Position numbers and translations under genes: made by a program
Shown: positions 57,715-64,000 of the stretch, piece after piece
How the letters are laid out: each line of letters opens with the position of its first letter
Numbering within the stretch: position 1 is the first letter of the stretch
Origin: Spirochaetia bacterium
Lineage (GTDB): Bacteria; Spirochaetota; Spirochaetia; UBA9216
Assembly: GCA_963675665.1 (NCBI GenBank)
Contig: OY776510.1
Location: 4,032,001 to 4,096,000, forward strand
Direction: 5' to 3'
Length of the DNA: 64,000 nucleotides
Notes under the pieces: generated by a model
Seen by the model: only the letters and a program-made list of their open reading frames with translations
Told to the model about the DNA's origin: nothing
Databases searched by the model: none

Positions 57715-58902
57715 TTGAACAGATTATACTTGATTAAAATAGGTGAAATAGCGCTGAAGGGCGGCAACCGCAATTTTTTTGAAAAAAGGTTGAAAAAAAA
57801 TATTAAACTCAGCCTCAGGGGCGTAAATTGTACTGTTTCAGGCGGCCGGGGCCGTTTTTTTATTGAAGCGCCTGTTGAAGACGCCGCTGCAGTTGAATCG
57901 GTTCTTTCGAATACATTCGGAATTAAAGGATACTCGGAAGTTACAAGATTAAAAAAGGACATCAAACTAATCACTGAAGAAGCCGTCAGGCAGGCTGCCT
58001 CAAACATCAAGAACGGGGAAGGTTCCCGTTTCAAGATTAATTCAAGGCGGGCCGACAAGGGCTTCCCGATGAAATCATACGACATATCCTGCGCAGTGGG
58101 CGATGCCGTACTTGAAAATGTACCGGGAACAATAGTAGACGTTAAAAACCCCGACTGGGCTGTAAATATCGAGCTGCGCGAAACCGCATATGTTTACGGG
58201 CGCGTCAGTCGCGGCCCGGGAGGACTTCCCGTAGGTTCCGCCGGAGGCGGCCTTTTGCTTCTTTCGGGAGGAATCGACTCGCCTGTAGCCGGGTGGCTGA
58301 TGGCCAAACGCGGGCTTAAGCTTGACGCTATTTATTTTCACACTTATCCGTACACCTCGGACGAAGCAAAGCAGAAGGTAATTGATCTTGCCGACATTCT
58401 GTCGCACCACACCTGCGGTCTGAACCTGTACATCGTTCCTTTCACGGATGTTCAACTGAAAATTAAGGAAAATGGATTTGAGAAGGCCACTACCCTTCTG
58501 ATGCGTCATGCCATGGTAAGAATTGCTGACCGGATAGCCAAAGGCAGCAACGGTCTTGCTCTTGTAACCGGAGAAGCTCTTTCGCAGGTTGCAAGCCAGA
58601 CGCCTGAAAGCATACGCTATACCGGCAGCGGAACCGATTTGCCGATCTTCAGACCGCTGATCGGAATGGACAAAGAGGAAATAATCCGGATTGCCGAAAA
58701 AATCGGCACATACCGGACCTCAATTCTGCCGTTCGAAGACTGCTGCACGCTCTTTGCGCCCGAGCATCCGATAACACATCCGGATTTTGAACGGCTTACC
58801 GCAGAATTCAAAGAACTGGACATTGAAGATTTGATGAATAAGACGGCGGATGAAACAGAAAAGATTTACCTTAAAGGTTACCGCAATGGGACCAACGATT
58901 AA
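57715..58902 (+). CDS. thiI: tRNA 4-thiouridine synthase
   Basis: GEIALKGGNR, THUMP domain, LLSGGIDSPVA, QVASQT, RPL, EDCC. Confidence 0.95.
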   Translation: MNRLYLIKIGEIALKGGNRNFFEKRLKKNIKLSLRGVNCTVSGGRGRFFIEAPVEDAAAVESVLSNTFGIKGYSEVTRLKKDIKLITEEAVRQAASNIKNGEGSRFKINSRRADKGFPMKSYDISCAVGDAVLENVPGTIVDVKNPDWAVNIELRETAYVYGRVSRGPGGLPVGSAGGGLLLLSGGIDSPVAGWLMAKRGLKLDAIYFHTYPYTSDEAKQKVIDLADILSHHTCGLNLYIVPFTDVQLKIKENGFEKATTLLMRHAMVRIADRIAKGSNGLALVTGEALSQVASQTPESIRYTGSGTDLPIFRPLIGMDKEEIIRIAEKIGTYRTSILPFEDCCTLFAPEHPITHPDFERLTAEFKELDIEDLMNKTADETEKIYLKGYRNGTND

Positions 58903-58926
58903 ACGCGATATATTTATAACCGGAGT

Positions 58927-59202
58927 ATGGAAATGAAATCATTTATTACAGTAATCGGAAACGACACAGTGGGCATTATAGCCTCAATAGCAAATATTCT
59001 TGCACAACGCAACGTAAATATCCTCGATATTAACCAGACGGTTATGCAGGAAATATTTACCATGATAATGATGGTAGACACTTCCGGGCTTAGCTGCCCG
59101 TTTTCGGAATTAGCCGACAAACTTACCGAATACGGGAAAGAGGCGGGACTCTCCGTCCGGATACAGCGTGAAGAAATTTTCAATTCCATGCACAGGATAT
59201 AA
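58927..59202 (+). CDS. ACT-domain protein (UPF0237)
   Basis: ITVIG.D.VGIIA, NILDI.QT, Q.EEIF..MHRI. Confidence 0.9.
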   Translation: MEMKSFITVIGNDTVGIIASIANILAQRNVNILDINQTVMQEIFTMIMMVDTSGLSCPFSELADKLTEYGKEAGLSVRIQREEIFNSMHRI

Positions 59203-59214
59203 GGGAGCAGCCTC

Positions 59215-60573
59215 ATGATCAGACCAAGTGAAATTCTTGAAACGATTGAAATGATCGACCGTGAGAACCTGGATATCAGGACCATTACCATGGGGATATC
59301 ACTGCGCGACTGCGCATCCGAATCAGGTAAAAAATCCAGGCAGAGAATCTACGATAAAATCAACAGGCTCGCGGGAGAACTGGTCAATACCGCCAGGGAT
59401 ATTCAGACTGAATACGGAATTCCCATTATCAACAAGCGTATTTCCGTTACGCCCATTTCAATGGTTGCCGAATCGTCCGATGAGGAAAATTACGCATCGT
59501 TTGCCGAAACGCTTGATCGCGCGGCTGCTGAAACCGGGGTCGACTTTATCGGAGGGTTTTCCGCACTTGTTCATAAAGGATATACGTCGGGAGATATAAA
59601 ACTGATAAGATCCATTCCGGAAGCCCTTTCTTCAACTGCAAAGGTGTGCTCTTCAGTCAATATAGCGACCACACGGGCGGGGCTCAATATGGATGCCGTT
59701 GCCCGGATGGGGAGGATAATCAAGGAAACCGCGGAGCTTACCGCAGATAAGGGCGGCCTCGGATGCGCCAAGCTTGTTGTATTCTCGAATGTCCCTGAAG
59801 ACAATCCTTTTATGGCCGGAGCTTTTCATGGAATCGGCGAACCTGAATCGGTTATCAACGTAGGAATAAGCGGTCCCGGCGTTGTCCAGAGCGCTATAAA
59901 AAGAGTGCCCGGAGAAGACTTCGGCGTTGTTGCCGAGGTTATCAAAAAATCAGCTTTCAAGATTACGCGTATCGGCGAACTGGTAGCAAGGGAAGCCTCA
60001 CGCCGCCTGTCTACTACCTTCGGTATCGTAGATCTGTCGCTTGCCCCCACACCGGCAATGGGAGACAGCGTAGCCCACATACTTGAGGAAATGGGCCTTG
60101 AAAAATGCGGAGCTCCGGGAACAACAGCAGCTCTGGCGCTTCTGAACGATGCAGTTAAAAAGGGCGGCGCCATGGCGTCTTCATACGTCGGGGGCCTCAG
60201 CGGTTCATTTATTCCGGTAAGCGAAGACGCCGGCATGATTGACGCCGTTCGCTGCGGCAGTCTGAGCCTTGAGAAACTTGAGGCAATGACCTGCGTATGC
60301 TCGGTAGGCCTTGATATGATTGTAGTTCCGGGCGATACAAGCGCCGAAACAATTTCCGGTATTATTGCGGATGAGGCTGCAATAGGGATGGTAAACCATA
60401 AAACCACTGCAGTAAGAATTATTCCGGCCCCCGGCATGAAAATCGGTGATACCGTTGAATTCGGGGGACTTCTCGGCAGCGGACCTGTGATGAAAGTAAA
60501 TAATTTCAGCAATAACGAGTTTATTGCCAGAGGCGGCCGCATTCCGGCCCCAATCAACAGCATGAGAAACTGA
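59215..60573 (+). CDS. UPF0210/DUF711 (PFL-like) protein
   Basis: [37 protein letters not shown]; usual partner of the ACT gene. Confidence 0.92.
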   Translation: MIRPSEILETIEMIDRENLDIRTITMGISLRDCASESGKKSRQRIYDKINRLAGELVNTARDIQTEYGIPIINKRISVTPISMVAESSDEENYASFAETLDRAAAETGVDFIGGFSALVHKGYTSGDIKLIRSIPEALSSTAKVCSSVNIATTRAGLNMDAVARMGRIIKETAELTADKGGLGCAKLVVFSNVPEDNPFMAGAFHGIGEPESVINVGISGPGVVQSAIKRVPGEDFGVVAEVIKKSAFKITRIGELVAREASRRLSTTFGIVDLSLAPTPAMGDSVAHILEEMGLEKCGAPGTTAALALLNDAVKKGGAMASSYVGGLSGSFIPVSEDAGMIDAVRCGSLSLEKLEAMTCVCSVGLDMIVVPGDTSAETISGIIADEAAIGMVNHKTTAVRIIPAPGMKIGDTVEFGGLLGSGPVMKVNNFSNNEFIARGGRIPAPINSMRN

Positions 60574-61550
60574 TGACTGATATTGTTGTTTTTACCGGAG
60601 AGGAAAACGATTTAATCCTGACCATTCTCGATATTATCAGAATGAAAAAACCTGAAGAAGCGGAATATATAACAGGAAGGTATACTTCTCTTCAGGACCT
60701 GGCAAAAACCGTTTCAAGCTATCCGTCTTTTCATAGCACACGGACAATAGGCAATTCAACTTTTTCAATGGAGTCTCTGATTACAATGATCTGCAAAATG
60801 GATTTCGCAGATCAGCTTATGTACGTCCCGACAAAAGTAATTCTCGGCCGCAGTTTTGTTGTGGCGAAAATCAACTTCATACTGATGCTGAAATACGAGG
60901 CGGATTCAATACGAAAACTGAAAAAATATACCTCGCAAATTGAGGAACTTGTAACATTGAATATCTTTGCCCTTATGAGCGAAGAGGTTTACCTCTCGCT
61001 TATTCAGGAGGAGGATATCGACATGGAGATTAAAACACGCGCGGCCGTCAGGCTGATGAATATATGGGAATACCGGCTGAGCCAGTCGGCGGAAGATTAT
61101 GCTCCCATGCTGAGCTCTTTGTGGAAATCGCGAAAACATCTCTCTCCGATATACGGAACAATGATGGGAATGACGGAAATGCTCCAGATGGCAAAAAATA
61201 TTGATCCGGTATGGTTCGATTTTTTAGGCAACTCCGGCAATGACGAGAGCGTATTTCAGGCGCTTGAGGAATTTCTGTTCAATCTTACATATGAAGAACT
61301 TAACAGTGTTCGTGAGATGATGCATGAAAAAAACATCTCCGCCATAAATAAAAAAAACATTGAAAATTTACTTCATATTGATCATTTCTACTCGACGTTC
61401 CAGGGTGCCGATCCCCGTGAAATGCTTCGGTTTTTCAAGCAACGCAAAAAAAACGCAATTTACCGTAATCGGGCCAGGGTTGCCGGTCCCGTAAAAACAA
61501 TTGAGGAACATATTCTTCTGTTCATGCTTAAACGCGAACAGAAAGCATAA
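60573..61550 (+). CDS. conserved hypothetical helical protein
   Basis: 325-aa ORF translationally coupled (TGATG) to the upstream gene. Confidence 0.75.
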   Translation: MTDIVVFTGEENDLILTILDIIRMKKPEEAEYITGRYTSLQDLAKTVSSYPSFHSTRTIGNSTFSMESLITMICKMDFADQLMYVPTKVILGRSFVVAKINFILMLKYEADSIRKLKKYTSQIEELVTLNIFALMSEEVYLSLIQEEDIDMEIKTRAAVRLMNIWEYRLSQSAEDYAPMLSSLWKSRKHLSPIYGTMMGMTEMLQMAKNIDPVWFDFLGNSGNDESVFQALEEFLFNLTYEELNSVREMMHEKNISAINKKNIENLLHIDHFYSTFQGADPREMLRFFKQRKKNAIYRNRARVAGPVKTIEEHILLFMLKREQKA

Positions 61551-61612
61551 CCGGAATACATGCACACTTCCCTTATTGCAGCACTGCCTTTCACTATGCT
61601 ATCCTCTTTTTT

Positions 61613-62077
61613 ATGAGAAGAAACAAGCAGGAAATTACCGATAAAAACGAGATAACTGAAATAATAAACAGGGCGTATACCGCAAGAATAGCAATAAACC
61701 GCGACGGAGCGCCGTACATTGTACCTATGAATTTCGGTTATGCCGACGAGACCTTTTATTTTCACTGTGCCGGCGAGGGCCTGAAAATTAATCTGTTGAA
61801 ATCAGATCCGCGCGTCTGTATTGAAATAGACGAATCGTCTTCTCTCGTAAAAGATTCCGAAGAAAAACCCTGCAGCTGGGGCGTAACATACCGTTCTGTA
61901 ATTGCTTCGGGTGCTGCCGAAATACTAACCGATTTCAATGAGAAAAAAGCAGCTCTGAACATAATCCTTTCCCATTTCACTGACGGGGAAATGCCGCCTA
62001 TGCAGGATTCTGCTGTCAGCGCAGTAACAGTATTCAGGGTAAAAGCTGAACAGCTCAGCGCAAAACGCTCAAACTGA
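61613..62077 (+). CDS. pyridoxamine 5'-phosphate oxidase-like / NimA flavin-binding protein
   Basis: MRR, PYIVPMNF, YFHCA.EG.K, YRSVI..G. Confidence 0.9.
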   Translation: MRRNKQEITDKNEITEIINRAYTARIAINRDGAPYIVPMNFGYADETFYFHCAGEGLKINLLKSDPRVCIEIDESSSLVKDSEEKPCSWGVTYRSVIASGAAEILTDFNEKKAALNIILSHFTDGEMPPMQDSAVSAVTVFRVKAEQLSAKRSN

Positions 62078-62589
62078 TGAACATTGTTCTTGTACACCCC
62101 CAGATTCCCCAGAATACGGGAAATATCGCCCGGACCTGTGCGGCAACGGGCGCCGCTCTTCATCTCGTAAAACCGCTGGGGTTTTCAACTGACGATAAAA
62201 GCCTGAAACGCGCCGGTCTTGACTACTGGGATCTGCTCGATGTCTTTTATCATAACAGCATAGACGACTTTATAGGCAGCGCAGATCAGGCCGGCGCCGC
62301 AGATTCCGGAATGTTTTTTTTTACAACAAAGGCCAAACGCTCATACCATGAAATGCAGTACACCGAGAAAAGCTGGCTTGTTTTCGGCAGCGAAACAACG
62401 GGGCTTCCTGAAGAGCTTCTTGTCGGAAACTCCAGCAATTGCTGCCGAATCCCGATGATAGAAGAATCCCGCTCGCTCAACCTTTCAAATTCAGCGGCGA
62501 TAGCCGTATATGAGGCCCTAAGGCAGACGGGTTTCGGAGGACTCAGTTCTGAAGGAGATCTTCACAGGCTGAACTGGCCTGAAATCTGA
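62077..62589 (+). CDS. trmL: tRNA (cytidine34-2'-O)-methyltransferase
   Basis: PQIPQNTGNIARTCA, RAGLDYW, FGSET.GLP, RSLNLS. Confidence 0.95.
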   Translation: MNIVLVHPQIPQNTGNIARTCAATGAALHLVKPLGFSTDDKSLKRAGLDYWDLLDVFYHNSIDDFIGSADQAGAADSGMFFFTTKAKRSYHEMQYTEKSWLVFGSETTGLPEELLVGNSSNCCRIPMIEESRSLNLSNSAAIAVYEALRQTGFGGLSSEGDLHRLNWPEI

Positions 62590-62644
62590 AAAACAGCGGC
62601 AATCTCTTCTAAGCCGGCGGATGAAACGGGCCGATTATTTTTAT

Positions 62645-63496
62645 ATGCAAATGCGAACAATTCTTTTTTTTACTGTACTTGCAGTCATTCTAACCGGCTG
62701 TTCCACACTCTCTCTGGAAATTTCCCGGGATACTGATGATTTTATGGAAAAATATGAGCAGGTCGGCAAAATTTCCGCTGAAAAAACATGCTGGAACTGG
62801 CTTTTTCTTAAAAGCAAAGAAGAACGCAGCACAGAGCTTAAAGATATTCTTACCGAAAAGGCCCGTAATGAATACGGCGAAGATGCTGTAATCAGCCTTG
62901 AAACAGCTGAAGGGCAATGGAGCCCTGCGTCGTTATTGATGCTGTTCAGCCTGCTGGGCTTTGTTGAGGAGGCTTCCATGGAGGCTGCAGTCTGGAAACC
63001 GGCGCCTGAAGGCGAACCGGAAATCTCCCCGGTTGAATACGGGTTCAGATATGCGGTCATACCCGATGAAAACTATGCAGATGAGACCGGCTTCATGATT
63101 GTCGAGTATAAAACACGGGACCAGCTTGTACAGGAACTTTCGACCCTGTTTGAGAATTCCGATATCGATGAAAATACATATAAAAAGAGACAATCCCGCC
63201 TTCCGGAGACGGGACAGATCTTTGTTACACTCGGGCGGGAAGAAATTACCAACGCTATCTCGCGATGGTTTACTTTCAGCTGCGTTTATAACGACAAAAC
63301 CTTATTCAGAAAAAAAGGTACAGAAGACATCCCGTACGTTTACGGGACCGACAAGTTCTGGTGGAATGATCTTAACTTCAAGGTAAACACCGAATGGGAA
63401 GGCAGACTGCGTTTTACTGTTGAAGACAATTATCGAAACGAAACATATTATTTCAGCATAGTCAGGGAGCGATACATAATCGAACCGGCTGAATAA
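62645..63496 (+). CDS. lipoprotein, unknown function
   Basis: Lipobox LTGC; start codon uncertain (62621, 62645 or 62651). Confidence 0.75.
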   Translation: MQMRTILFFTVLAVILTGCSTLSLEISRDTDDFMEKYEQVGKISAEKTCWNWLFLKSKEERSTELKDILTEKARNEYGEDAVISLETAEGQWSPASLLMLFSLLGFVEEASMEAAVWKPAPEGEPEISPVEYGFRYAVIPDENYADETGFMIVEYKTRDQLVQELSTLFENSDIDENTYKKRQSRLPETGQIFVTLGREEITNAISRWFTFSCVYNDKTLFRKKGTEDIPYVYGTDKFWWNDLNFKVNTEWEGRLRFTVEDNYRNETYYFSIVRERYIIEPAE

Positions 63497-63500
63497 TAAA

Positions 63501-63535
63501 AAAAAGGACTGTTCCACTATCAAAACAGTCCCTTT
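63501..63535 (-). terminator. intrinsic terminator
   Basis: AAAAAGGACTGTT...AACAGTCCCTTT. Confidence 0.75.
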
Positions 63536-63551
63536 ATAGCAAAAACCGTAA

Positions 63552-64000
63552 TCAGCCTGCCAGCCTGATTCCCTCTGCAACCGCTTTCTCGTTAAGCGGA
63601 AGAAGCTTTTTCTTGTCTTCTCCGAAAACCTTCACGAATGCTCCAAGGAGATCCTGCTCATCAAGAAAACCTTTCTGTTTTATATAAGCGCCGAGCATAA
63701 CCATATTGGCTGCCTTTGCATTTCCGCATTCGGATGCAACCTCATTGACGGGATAATAATATGCCTCAACATCTTCCCTTTCTACCTTGCGATCAATAAG
63801 CGAAGAATTAACAAGTATCTTCCCTCCGGGTTTGACCCAGCTTTCAAATTTATCAAGGGATGGGCGGTTCATAACAATAAGCGTATCGGCCTCAGCAACA
63901 ACAGGGCTTCCAATAAGCTCGTCCGATACAATTACATTGCAGTTTGCAGTTCCTCCCCTCATTTCAGGACCATAGGACGGCAGCCAGCTGACGTTCATCC
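63552..64000 (-). CDS. 2-oxoacid:ferredoxin oxidoreductase gamma subunit (5' truncated)
   Basis: SWLPSYGPEMRGGTA, ANMVMLGA; runs off the window. Confidence 0.92.
   Translation of the reverse strand, partial: MNVSWLPSYGPEMRGGTANCNVIVSDELIGSPVVAEADTLIVMNRPSLDKFESWVKPGGKILVNSSLIDRKVEREDVEAYYYPVNEVASECGNAKAANMVMLGAYIKQKGFLDEQDLLGAFVKVFGEDKKKLLPLNEKAVAEGIRLAG

Noticed and set aside
5344-60563. Long antisense ORFs (e.g. 5344-6060, 9304-10017, 34199-35020, 46048-46767, 51831-52742, 59826-60563)
   Set aside because: Lie opposite well-supported genes and carry no motifs; expected codon-bias shadows
56528-60573. iscS-thiI and ACT-DUF711 pairs as novel systems
   Set aside because: Both are widespread, known gene pairings

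Overview
Mostly core chromosome of a free-living, probably anaerobic spirochaete (Spirochaetales-like). The assignment rests on the long-form Upp, DUF3996 and UPF0164 outer-membrane barrels, the TPR/HAMP-SpoIIE cluster and 'AGG..E' binding-protein signal peptides. The window opens on the extreme 5' end of a minus-strand 16S rRNA gene with its leader and tandem promoters. It then carries adk, upp, tRNA-Lys/tRNA-Glu, mtaB, tyrA, pta, lysine-riboswitch-controlled dapB-dapA, rsmA/comEC, dsbD, fadD, dnaE2, hrpA, nudC, aroB, iscS-thiI and trmL. No CRISPR array, IS element, integrase or prophage was seen. The best candidate for an undescribed system is the six-gene catabolic operon at 11393-17936: GntR/UTRA regulator, sugar ABC transporter and FGGY kinase, with a divergent stand-alone TrpA-like enzyme embedded in it. 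That enzyme keeps the catalytic Glu/Asp but has lost TrpB-interface residues, which suggests an import-phosphorylate-retro-aldol pathway. Second is an atypical sigma-70-like gene (49012-49908) behind a well-spaced sigma-54 promoter that predicts a leaderless mRNA. All calls come from motif reading by eye; no searches were run.
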